A stretch of 64,000 nucleotides of DNA, taken from Mantamonas sphyraenae STR306 (Eukaryota; Protista; CRuMs). The number at the start of each line of letters is the position of its first letter. Position 1 is the first letter of the stretch. The notes under the pieces are model-generated. The model saw only the letters and a program-made list of their open reading frames with translations, ran no database searches and was not told the origin of the DNA. Made by a program: the position numbers and the translations under genes. The stretch covers positions 1 through 64,000 of the forward strand of contig JAPMXV010000005.1 of assembly GCA_026936335.1 (NCBI GenBank). The letters run 5' to 3'. Positions 49,642 through 60,100 of the stretch are shown here, one piece after another.

Positions 49642-52209
49642 ATGGAACGTTTCCTCAAACCCAGACCCGCGTCGCAAGAGGTCACCGGAGCTTCAGACGC
49701 CGTCGATGTCGCGTCTGTTGCAAACGTATCGGCGGGGGACGGCGGGGAGAAGCCTCGGGGAAGAGTGCGTGCAAGCAGAAAACGCAAGGCGAGTCACGTG
49801 GATGCAGAGGACACGGATACGGGTGGTGGCCAGGAGGCGGTGCAAGACGTGCCCCCAAAGCACGATGAGAAACGAGCCAAGCCTCTTCACCCGTTCTTTT
49901 CAAAGACCGGGCGGCAGAAGTTGAGTGATCAGACGACGAAGCAGACGAGCGAAGAGCAGCAAGTTGAGCGTCTGCGCAAGGAGCGGGCACAGAGCACGGA
50001 ACTACAGCGCAAACTGCTCGGTGGCAAGAAGCTTAATCCGTTCTTTGCTCAGACGGCGGCTGCAACAGCGGCCAAGGCAGCAGGCAAGCGAGCAGCTGGC
50101 AGCAGCGGCCTGATCAGGAGCAAGCCAACACGACTCGTCGCCGCGCCCCTGTTTCCGCACATCAGCCACATCCAACAGCTCAACCATGTGGACAGTGTAT
50201 CCGCGCGTTTGCGTGCACTGTGTACCCAAAATCGCGAGCAGACGCTGGCATTGATGGAGGCAGCAGCAGCGGCTGAGTCGACCGCTTTGGCTTCAGCGAA
50301 CCCGGCTCGCGCCAACGGCTCACTTGGGCAACTGAGCTGGTCGCGTGCTCAGGTTTCCCAGGCGTGGTCGTCGTCGCAGCAACAGAGATCACAGTCCAAG
50401 CGCTCATCCACGCTCCCGGTGTCGTTTGCGGACGCGGTCGTGGCAGGACGGTTTGTGCGCGAGAACCCATCGTGCCAAGAGGCGTTGGTGCAGGTGAAAC
50501 GACTGGTGGAAATGTATGCACCGAACGATGGAAGCGTGGAGATGGAGGAGCTGGAGGGCCGGATGGCGGCGTACCTGACGCGTACACAGGAGAAAGACAC
50601 GGGACGCCAGCTGTGGCAGGATCTGCACAGGCCGCACAGGCACTTCAACGTGTGCGGCAACGCCATCAACACGTATACGCTGGCCGACTGGTTGCACAAG
50701 TGGCGCATGCGCATGGGGCAGCCTGCGGTGAGCGGCAACCGTCAGGCATGGAATGAGGCCATGCCCTTTGTGGCCAACCGCCCGCAAGAGCTGCGAGAGA
50801 GGTACCAGGCCATGCGCAAGAGTTCCAAGCGCCTGTTGGCCTCGCTTCACAACACGGTGCTCATCAGCGGGCCGGCAGGCTCTGCAAAGACCTCGGCTGT
50901 GTACACGTGTGCGGACGAGATGGGTTTCCACGTACACGAAGTCAACGCAGGTGGCAACCGCAACGGCGCGTACATTACGCAGCACCTGCGCGAGGCGACC
51001 CAGTCGCTGAATGTAAACGGGTCGGAGAAGCTGCGCTTGGTGCTGTTCACTCAGGTGGATGAACTGTTTGAAGACCTGGACAAGGGCTTCATCAAGGTGC
51101 TGCGATGGTTCGTGGCCTCATCCAAGGTGCCCATTGTGATCGTCTGCAACGACGTGACCCCGGATCTGTACAGCCTGGGCCCTGTGCAGCACCTCAGCTT
51201 TGAGCAGCCGTCGCTCCCGGATGTTTTCTCCCTGTGCACGTTTGTGGCCACCTACCACGGCTTCAGCCTGTGCCCTGACGAGCTCCACTTTGCCATCCAG
51301 GCGTGTGATTACGACCTCAAGCGACTGTTGGTTCTGATGCAGTGGGGCTCGTACGCGCAGTCGTGCACCATGCGCCACGCACAGCTGGACAAGCGCCTGC
51401 CTCTCCTCGACCTGGGTATGCACATGCCGCAGACCCTGCCCCGCTCGAGCCTGTTGGCCCTGGCTGCGTTCCGGCCAAGCTCAGACACGTCACCACAGGT
51501 GCCCTTTTCCTGGCGACACCAAGCACAGCTGCAGCTTGTGCTGCACACAGTGGACGGCGACGGCAGCGCACAAGACTGCGAAGAGGCCATGGTACGCCGC
51601 AGCCTGGAAACGTGCGCACAGCTGTCTTGGCTCAACGTGCCCCAGCGGCTAGCCTCGTTTACAAGCACCCGTGTCCTGTGTGCCTCCGATAGCCAGCCCA
51701 GCAAGGAGCAATGGGAGCTGCTGCAATCCTTAAGCGACTTTCAAGACACAATCAGCCAGGTGGACATGTGTATGGCTGTACAACGGCGAGACGACGCGGA
51801 ACAGGAGGACATCAACACGGCGCGGTTGCTGGACGTCTGCAGCGAAATTGAAACACGCGCCACACTGCAGCTTTTGAGCACACACACAGACGAGGAGCGG
51901 GGCACACACATGCTGCTGGACAACCAGCGCGCTGGAAGAACGGACGTGGACGACACACACGCTGCACTTGCCGCCATGGCCCAGATTGCTCTCGATGCGG
52001 GCTCTCATGTGCAGGACCGAGTCTCGACACGCTTGCGCATGGGGTTTGTGCAACGCATTGTAGACGCACACACGACGCAGCATCAGGTGCACGAATCCGG
52101 GAGGAGGCGAGCTGCAAAGCGTGATGCACGGCCCCCATCGTTTCTCGGTCGGAGCGGACATGCAACGCTAGAGTTGTTACAGCGGGTGGCCTACACCAGC
52201 AGCGCGTGA
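49642..52209 (+). CDS. ATAD5: ATAD5/Elg1 PCNA-unloader large subunit
   Basis: LWQDLHRP...VCGN...LADWL, LISGPAGSAKTSAVYTCADEMGFHVHEVNA, EATQS, VLFTQVDELFEDLDKGF, SKVPIVIVCN. Confidence 0.82.
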   Translation: MERFLKPRPASQEVTGASDAVDVASVANVSAGDGGEKPRGRVRASRKRKASHVDAEDTDTGGGQEAVQDVPPKHDEKRAKPLHPFFSKTGRQKLSDQTTKQTSEEQQVERLRKERAQSTELQRKLLGGKKLNPFFAQTAAATAAKAAGKRAAGSSGLIRSKPTRLVAAPLFPHISHIQQLNHVDSVSARLRALCTQNREQTLALMEAAAAAESTALASANPARANGSLGQLSWSRAQVSQAWSSSQQQRSQSKRSSTLPVSFADAVVAGRFVRENPSCQEALVQVKRLVEMYAPNDGSVEMEELEGRMAAYLTRTQEKDTGRQLWQDLHRPHRHFNVCGNAINTYTLADWLHKWRMRMGQPAVSGNRQAWNEAMPFVANRPQELRERYQAMRKSSKRLLASLHNTVLISGPAGSAKTSAVYTCADEMGFHVHEVNAGGNRNGAYITQHLREATQSLNVNGSEKLRLVLFTQVDELFEDLDKGFIKVLRWFVASSKVPIVIVCNDVTPDLYSLGPVQHLSFEQPSLPDVFSLCTFVATYHGFSLCPDELHFAIQACDYDLKRLLVLMQWGSYAQSCTMRHAQLDKRLPLLDLGMHMPQTLPRSSLLALAAFRPSSDTSPQVPFSWRHQAQLQLVLHTVDGDGSAQDCEEAMVRRSLETCAQLSWLNVPQRLASFTSTRVLCASDSQPSKEQWELLQSLSDFQDTISQVDMCMAVQRRDDAEQEDINTARLLDVCSEIETRATLQLLSTHTDEERGTHMLLDNQRAGRTDVDDTHAALAAMAQIALDAGSHVQDRVSTRLRMGFVQRIVDAHTTQHQVHESGRRRAAKRDARPPSFLGRSGHATLELLQRVAYTSSA

Positions 52210-52319
52210 GAATCGGATGCCGACCAATGTGGGAGATTTCTTTCGTGGACGCAGCCCCCGGCTCTCCCTCTTTCCGTGCCATAACAGAATTCAGGACGAA
52301 ACAAAACACAATCTCCCGC

Positions 52320-53916
52320 TTACTCTTTGCTGTTCTCCTGGTCGCGAAGGATGCGATGGAGGATCTTGCCCGAGGAAGACTTGGGAATCGCGTCGACAAA
52401 CTCGACGCCTCCGCGCAGCTTCATGTGCGGCGAGACACGCTCAGCCACCCATGCAACAATGTCCTCCTCTGTGACCTCGGCACCGGCCGCCTTGACCACA
52501 AAGGCCTTGGGCAGCTCGCCTGCCTCCTCGTCCTTCTTGCCAATCACAGCGCAGTCAGCGATGCTCGTTCGTCAGCAGGAGCTCCTCCAGCGACGCAGGC
52601 GCCACCTGGTGGCCCTTGTATTTGATGAGTTCCTTGAGGCGGTCGGTGATGTAGACGAATCCGTCGACAATCTTGGCAATGTCGCCCGTGTGCAGCCAGC
52701 CGTCCTCATCCAACGTTTCGGCCGTTGCCTCAGGCCGGTTGAGGTAGCCCTGCATGACGTTGGGACCACGCACCCACAGCTCACCTTCCTCGCCTTTGGC
52801 CACGCTCTTGCCGTCCAGCATCAGCTTGGCCTCCTGGCTGGCCAGCAGCACGCCGGCCGCCCCTGAACGGATGTCATCCTGCGGCACAATCGTGATTACA
52901 GGCGAGGCTTCGCTCATGCCATAGCCCTGCTTAAGGACACAGTCCACACGAGAGGCACACGCCTTCTCCAGCTCGCCACCCAGCGGAGCGGCGCCACTGA
53001 GAATCATCTTGACGCTGCTGAGGTCGTACTTGTCCACCAGCGGGTGCTTGGCCAGGGCCAACACAATGGGTGGGACCAAGTGCAGGCATGTGATCTTGTG
53101 CGTCTGGATGGCTTCCAGGAACTTGTCCAGCTCGAAGCGAGGCATGCTGACGATGGTGTGACCCATGCTCAGCGCGCTGTTCATGATCAGCGTCAGGCAG
53201 TAGATGTGGTAGGCAGGCAGCAACATGAGGATGGTCTCTTCGCTCGTCATCCACGTCTCACTGGCAGCAATCTGCACCAAGTTGGAAACCATGTTGCGGT
53301 GCGTCAACACCACTCCCTTGGGCTTTCCGGTCGTTCCCGAGCTGTACGGCAGGCACAGCGTGTCCTCGGGCTTCACGTCGACCGTGGGAAACTCGGCGGT
53401 CGATTGTGCCAGGCTGGCAAACGAGGTGCAGCCCTCGGCCTCGCCAATCACGACCGTCGCCTCGATACCAGTGTAGATCTCCATCGCGGCCTTGGCGCGG
53501 TCCAGGAACGGAGCAACCGTCACCAAGAACTTTGATTGGCTGTCCTCCAGCTGGAAGGCAAGCTCCTCGGGCGTTGCCAGCGAGTTGGCGCCCGTCGACA
53601 CCGCGCCGATGGCTGAGAGTGCGTGAAAAACAATCGGGTATTCGGGCAAGTTGGGTGCAAACAGACACACCACGTCGCCCTTGCCGACGCCCATGTCTGC
53701 CAGACCAGCACCCACGCGCTGGACAAGCACGCTCAGCGTCTTGTAGTCGTACGAGCGGTCGCCGTCAGTGATCGCCACCTTGTCCGCCACGTCACCGACG
53801 TTCTTGAACACAAACTCATAGACACTCTGCTCGGGGATGTCCACCGTGCCGTAGGGGCTTGCGTAAATGATCTCCTCGTCTGCAAATTTGATTTCGCTGC
53901 TCTCTTCAGTGCTCAT
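52320..53916 (-). CDS. 4-coumarate-CoA ligase/luciferase-like acyl-CoA synthetase, with an apparent frameshift at ~52563
   Basis: LPYSSGTTGKPKGV, QGYGMSE, GWLHTGD, DRLKELIKYKG. The C-terminus (IADCAVIG...GELPKAFVV...IPKSSSGKILHR) lies in a different frame. Confidence 0.88.
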
Positions 53917-54203
53917 TTTGGCTCTTGATCCGTTTACGGAAAAAAGTGTGTTTGGGTGCGCTGCAAGGCGCCCCCCAGCCCTCTCTCTCTCCACCACCCT
54001 TTTTCTCGCAGAAAACAGCAAATCATTCACTGTGCGTTGCAAAGACTCGCCGCACACACCGTCGTGCGTTCCCCCTATGCTCTCACCGTCACCCGACTCA
54101 CACCATTCAAACGTGTTGCCTCGTGTGTGCCTGCCCTTGTTGGACACACCGACACGAAAATTCCGCCCGCTTTGCTTGTCGTCGCCCCTGCGCTGCATTG
54201 CAG

Positions 54204-56191
54204 ATGTCTTCCCAGCAGTTTGGAAACCCCCATGTGCCTATGCCCTCGAACGAGCCGCTCCAGTGGTATGCTCCCAACAGTGACGAGCGTGCCGCCCTCA
54301 AGGCTGCCCTTGAGGAGATGCTTGCCGAGTGCCCCGACGTGCCGTGCGTTGTCAACGGCGAGGAGATCCGCAAGGGTGACCAGAAGAAGCAGGTTGTGTG
54401 CACCGACCACCAGCACACCCTCTGCACCTTCTACCAGGCCGACGAGGAAACCATCCAGCAGGTACGCTGCCTTGCAAAGCCGACAACACCGGACCAGATT
54501 CCGGCTTGTCCGCCCCTCTCTCGCTTTTCCCTCCGACCATCGCCCACTGCCTGCACACCGCACCCACCCTCCCCCAGGCTCCGCACGCCCTCTTTCCACA
54601 CCCATCCCACACGCCACACACCCCTTGCCATCCCTGTGTCCCTGCCAAGCGCCCTTTGCTGACACCGCCTGCCCAACCTCCAAATCCCGCTCTTTTCTGC
54701 AGGCCATCGAGGGTGCTCTCGCCGCCAAGGAAGAGTGGGAAGCCATGAGCTCCACCGACCGCTTCGCCATCTTCAAGAACGCTGGCGACCTCCTTGCCTC
54801 GCCCCAGTGGCGCTACAAGGTCATGGCCGCAACCATGCTTGGTCAGGGCAAGAACGTCCATCAGGCAGAGATCGATGCCGCCGCAGAGACCATCGACTTT
54901 TTGCGCTTCAACCCGTTCTATGCCAACGGTAAGGCAGCTTGTGTACATGTCATAGGACGCCAGGACGCCATCCCTTGTGCTCACACACACTCTCTCTCCC
55001 CCACACCCCACTTTCCCTCTCCACACAGAGATCTACAACGAGCAGCCCCCCAAGCAGGCCGGCAACACCTGGAACCGCATGGAGTACCGCCCGCTTGAAG
55101 GCTTCGTCGTGGCCATCTCTCCGTTCAACTTCACGGCCATCGGCGCAAACCTGCCCACCGCCCCGGCCATGATGGGCAACGTCGTCATGTGGAAGCCTGC
55201 ATCCACGGCCATCCTGTCCAACTACCTCATCTACCAGATCCTGGTCGAGGCTGGCATGCCAGCGGGCGTCATCCAGTTCCTCCCGTCCCGCGGCTCTCAG
55301 TTCGGCAACATTGTGTTTGAGCACCGCGACTTTGCCGGTCTCCACTTCACCGGCTCCTCCGAGACCTTCAACACCATCTACCAGCAGACTGCCCTCAACC
55401 TCTCCAAGTACCGCACCTACCCGCGCATCGTGGGCGAGACCGGCGGCAAGAACATGCACTTCATCCATGAGAGTGCAAACATCGACTCGGCCGTCAACCA
55501 GACCCTCCGCGGTGCCTTTGAGTACCAGGGTCAGAAGTGCTCTGCCACCTCTCGCCTCTATCTGCCCGACACCATTGCCGACGAGTTCCTCGACAAGCTC
55601 GTCGCTGGCGTCCAGAAGTTCAAGGTCGGCCCCGTCACCGACTTTGACAGCTTCGTTTGCGCCGTCATCGACAAGCCCGCCTTTGACAGCATTGCCTCCT
55701 ACATCGACTGGGCCAAGGACGATGAGAGCTCCGAAATCCTTGTCGGCGGCACCTACGACGACTCTGAGGGATACTTTATCCAGCCCACCATCATCCTGAC
55801 CTCCAACCCCAAGTCCAAGACCATGGAGGAGGAGATCTTTGGCCCCGTCCTCACCGTCTACAAGTACGCCGCCGCAGAGTACGAGGAGGCCCTCAAGCTC
55901 GCCGACGAGACCTCCCCGTACGCCCTCACATGTGCCCTCTTTGCCAAGGACCGCAAGGCTGTCTCCATCGGCGCAAACGCTCTCCGCAACACCGCCGGCA
56001 ACTTTTACATCAACGACAAGAGCACTGGCGCCGTCGTTGGCCAGCAGCCCTTTGGTGGTGCACGTGCAAGCGGCACCAACGACAAGGCCGGCCACTACAT
56101 CAACCTTCTGCGCTGGACCTCGGTCCGCTCCATCAAGGAGACCAGCATCCCGCTGCAGGACTGGTCCTACCCGCACATGAGCGAGGCCTGA
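54204..56191 (+). CDS. ALDH4A1: Delta-1-pyrroline-5-carboxylate dehydrogenase
   Basis: ATMLGQGKNVHQAEIDAAAE.IDFLRFN, YRPLEGFV.AISPFNFTAIG, GETGGKN, FEYQGQKCSA, QPFGGARASGTNDKAG. Two coding introns. Confidence 0.95.
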
Positions 56192-56317
56192 AGTCCTCGT
56201 TGGCTCCACAACACAGCTTCCACCATTCCAAAATGAAAGTGACATGTGTCTGTGTGTTGCACCTGCCACACCCGTTGGCCCTTGCGCTTGCTACCCACCA
56301 CAATCTTGCTCACCGTC

Positions 56318-57079
56318 ATGTTTGTTCGCTCCGTTCGAACAACTGCCGCAGTCCAGCGCGTCGCCAAAGCTGGCACAGCTGTCTGCGTGACTCGCCTCCA
56401 CACAGCAAACCATGCCTCTGACGAGTTTGACGACGAAGCTGCCGACCAGGTGGCCCAGTTCCGCAGCACGGGCGTCCTGGAGAAATCTCTCGAAGCAATT
56501 GAGCGTGACGCCAAGGCCAAGTATCGCTTCAACAGCGCCTCGCAGCAGCAGCGCAAACGCGACATTATCGACCGCATTGTGCGTGTCGACCACGCCGGCG
56601 AGTACGGCGCACAGATGATCTACGCAGGCCAGCATGCCGTCCTCAAAGATTCTCCGTCGGGCCCCGTCATCCAACGCATGATGGACGAGGAGCAGGAGCA
56701 CCTGGACACCTTTGCAACATACATGCACACCCTTCGCGCACGCCCCACCCTTCTCAAGCCCATCTGGACCGTCGCCGGATACGGCTTGGGCGTCGTCACC
56801 GCTCTCTTGGGCGAAAAGGCAGCCATGGCCTGCACCGTCGGTGTCGAAACAGTCATAGCCGACCACTACAACAGCCAGTTGCGCACCCTGTTTGACCACG
56901 ATATGCACACCGAGTACCCAGAGCTTCGCGAAAAGATCAGGAAATTCCGCGACGACGAAGACGGACACCGCGATACTGCCCTCCAGCACGATGCCGCGCA
57001 GGCCCCATTCTACCAAACTCTCACAAACGTCGTCAGCGCAGGCACACGCGCTGCTGTCTGGCTGGCCGAGCGCATTTGA
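56318..57079 (+). CDS. COQ7: 5-demethoxyubiquinone hydroxylase (di-iron), with a mitochondrial-type presequence
   Basis: RIVRVDHAGEYGA..IYAGQ, EQEH, AMACTVGVE.VI..HYN.QLR, FRDDE..H; R/A/V-rich N-terminus. Confidence 0.95.
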   Translation: MFVRSVRTTAAVQRVAKAGTAVCVTRLHTANHASDEFDDEAADQVAQFRSTGVLEKSLEAIERDAKAKYRFNSASQQQRKRDIIDRIVRVDHAGEYGAQMIYAGQHAVLKDSPSGPVIQRMMDEEQEHLDTFATYMHTLRARPTLLKPIWTVAGYGLGVVTALLGEKAAMACTVGVETVIADHYNSQLRTLFDHDMHTEYPELREKIRKFRDDEDGHRDTALQHDAAQAPFYQTLTNVVSAGTRAAVWLAERI

Positions 57080-57169
57080 ACTGCTGCTGCGAGGATCTCT
57101 GCGGGTGGGGGGGAAATGAAAACTTTCATTGTGCTGCTTTGCTGCACCCTTTGCTCTTTCCTGCCACCA

Positions 57170-60100
57170 TCACCACCCGTCCACAGCCCGACGCCGTGTG
57201 CTTCCACTGTTGCGCATGCTGCTGGTGTGAGACGACGCAGGCGCGTGTGGGCGCACGGGGCTGCGAGGCGACTCTTCCGTCGGGGCCTCCTCCAACAGAT
57301 CGACCTGCCTTCGTCGCCCGCCACCGCGATGTGTGTGCGGACGCCGGTATTCCACCTCTTCTTCTCCATGCGTCCTGCTCTGTGGCCGACCACGAGCACT
57401 CTGCGATCCCGACGTCTCACCCCATGCTTCCGAGTCGTCCAGCCGGCCAAACGCCTGCATCACACCGCCCTCGTTCACCACCTGTGACGACGAGCGAAGA
57501 CTGCTTCCCCCGTCCGCACCCGCTCTGCGCTTCTTCTTTCCGTAGATCTGGTCGATCTGCGTCTTTGTGTCGTACGTAAACGCGTTGCCTCGCTGCAGGT
57601 CCTCGATCAGCCTGTCCTTCCGTGCATTCTCTTTCATCAGACGGTGCAGTTGTGTCGCCACAGCCAGCTTCTCGCTTTGCAGCACGTGAATCGATCGCTT
57701 CAGCTCCACAATCGTTTCGTGCAGCGCACTCACATCCACAAACTCGCTGTCCTGCATGCTGTTCAGCCGTACCTTCAGATCCTGGCTCTCCGCCATGCTA
57801 CTACGACGACTGCCCATCATGCTGCTTCCTCCTCGTCCGCTTTGGCTGTGCACCATCATCCTTCCGCCGCCTCGCCCTCGCAGATTCTCTTCCGTCAGAC
57901 TTTCGTCCAGCCCGCTCCCTCCGAAATCGCTCGCCCCGGCGTACTCCACGCTCAAACGCAACACCTCCAGCGTGCCCGTGTTGTTTCGCTGCCTCATGCG
58001 TCGCGTGGCCGGTCGTCGCAGGATAAACAGCCGTCCTTGCTTGCTTTCCAGCTCCTTCAGCGTCGTTGTGAAGCGCCCGATCAGCTTGTGCCCTCCGTAC
58101 TGGTCCAGGTTCTTGCATTCAATCAGGATCGGCCGCTGATCGTCTCCTTGGCACAGTTCCTCCAGTCCAATGGTAAATTCGGGCCACTGCGGCGACTCCG
58201 ACGACAGCTGCACGCCGCTCCTGTACACCTGCACAAAATTCCCGTCCGATCGCTTCCGATACACGGAAAAGTACGGATCCAGCGTCGTGGTCTCGTCGTC
58301 CGGCGCCACTAGGTTTTCCCCAACCATTTGCCATCGCACAACCTTCATCCCACTGTCTGCCACACGCCGCCCAACGCCCAGCGACTTTTGCCCACGCCGC
58401 TTCCCATACTGGTTTCCATGCGACACGCGGCCCTTGCCACCGCGGCCTCGACTTCCCCCACCTCCACTGCCTCGCCCAGACGACGACGACGACGACGACC
58501 CAGACACCTTTTTCACCTTGCCAGCTGCCGCATCCGCTTCCAGCTGCAACCGTTGCTTCTCCTCGTCGTCTGAAAAGGTCTCGTCCGTCACAATGTCCAG
58601 CGAATACACCTCCAGCACTCCTGCGATCTTTTCGGCACCTTCGCCCGAGTCATACACCAGTTCCTGCATCCGTTGTTCAAACAGGCCAGCCAACGAGGTC
58701 AGGGTGCGCCCAATCAGCTTGTCCTTGCTCATCATCCCGCCTTGAGACCACACTTGGATCAGCAACGGCTGGTCTTGGTCGCGCACAACACCGTAGTCCT
58801 CACGGAACTGCCTGCACAGCAGAGACGTCGACACGCGGAACGGTTGGAAGTTTGGCTCCAGGCTGTTGTCCACCACTTCGGTGCGGTGCAGCTCAATCCC
58901 TGGTCCCGCCGTGTCGCTGCTCACCTGGAAGCCGCTGATTGTCAGGAACGGGTCGTCCTTGCCAACCATGCTCATTTTGCGCAGCTCCTTGCAGCGCAGG
59001 CCCAAACGCACCACGTCATGCTCCAGCACGCCGCTAGGTCGCACAAAGTCCAAGCTGATCCCAGGCTGCAGCGAACAGTGCATAAACTTCAGCACGCCCG
59101 AGTTCCGGTAACCCTTGCTGTGTTCCAGCTCCGGATGGATCAGCTCCACCGTGTCCACCGTCGTCAGCAGTTCGCCGAGCGACACCACCGCCTGGCCAAT
59201 CAAGTCGCTCGCGTGTTCACTGTCCCAATCGAAGCACTGGAACAGCACCAGCTCCGATGTGTTGCCGCCGCAGAGAGTGCTCACGGGCACCGAAAACGGT
59301 TTCCACTCGGGATTCGCACTGTCCTGCACAACCTCCGTCTCGTGCACCTCCACGTACTCCTTGCGCTTCTTCACAAACCGCCTCACCACCACGTATGGAT
59401 CCGACTTGCTCAGCAAGTCCTTTGCCGGCAAATCAAACGCACACAGGTGCATCTGAGCCACATCTCCCGGCCGCGGCTCCGTCCGCTGCACTCGGCTGTC
59501 CGTTTCCACACACTCCAGCACTTCCAGGTATGCCGACGCGGTGTAGCCCCGTTCCCGACTGCGTTCGGGGTCCTTCAGAGCCAGCTGCCGGTTCTTCTTG
59601 CACGCGTCCATCAGCTGGCCCACGGTCAGTGTGACCTGGCCCACAAGCCTGTCCTTCTGCCACGAAGAGTGTGAAAAACACTGCACTCGCACCTGTTCGT
59701 CGTGTTGGCCCCGGCACAGCTCCTGTTCGCTCACCGAAAACTCGTTCCAAACCGGCTCGTTGCTTTCCACCACCTCGCTCTGGTACACACGCTCCCACGC
59801 CCCACTCGTGTCTCGCCGCATCACCTTGACGTACAGCTCTGCCACCTTCCACACGTACTCCTTGTCCAGCCGGTTCACTCCCAGATGCATCTTGATCTGT
59901 TCCCCCTTTGTCATCCGTGTGCCCACAACCTCGCCCGCACCTCCTCCGGCCCCACCGGCCCCTTTCTTCACCTGACACTTCACCACCTGCAGTCGCCCGC
60001 TGTCCGTGTACCCTCGCTCGTCCTCCCGCGCAGGGTCCACCACCTTGTGCTCTTCCCCTGCAAGCAGCCGCGCAAGCGACGTGCGCACCTCCCCAATCAG

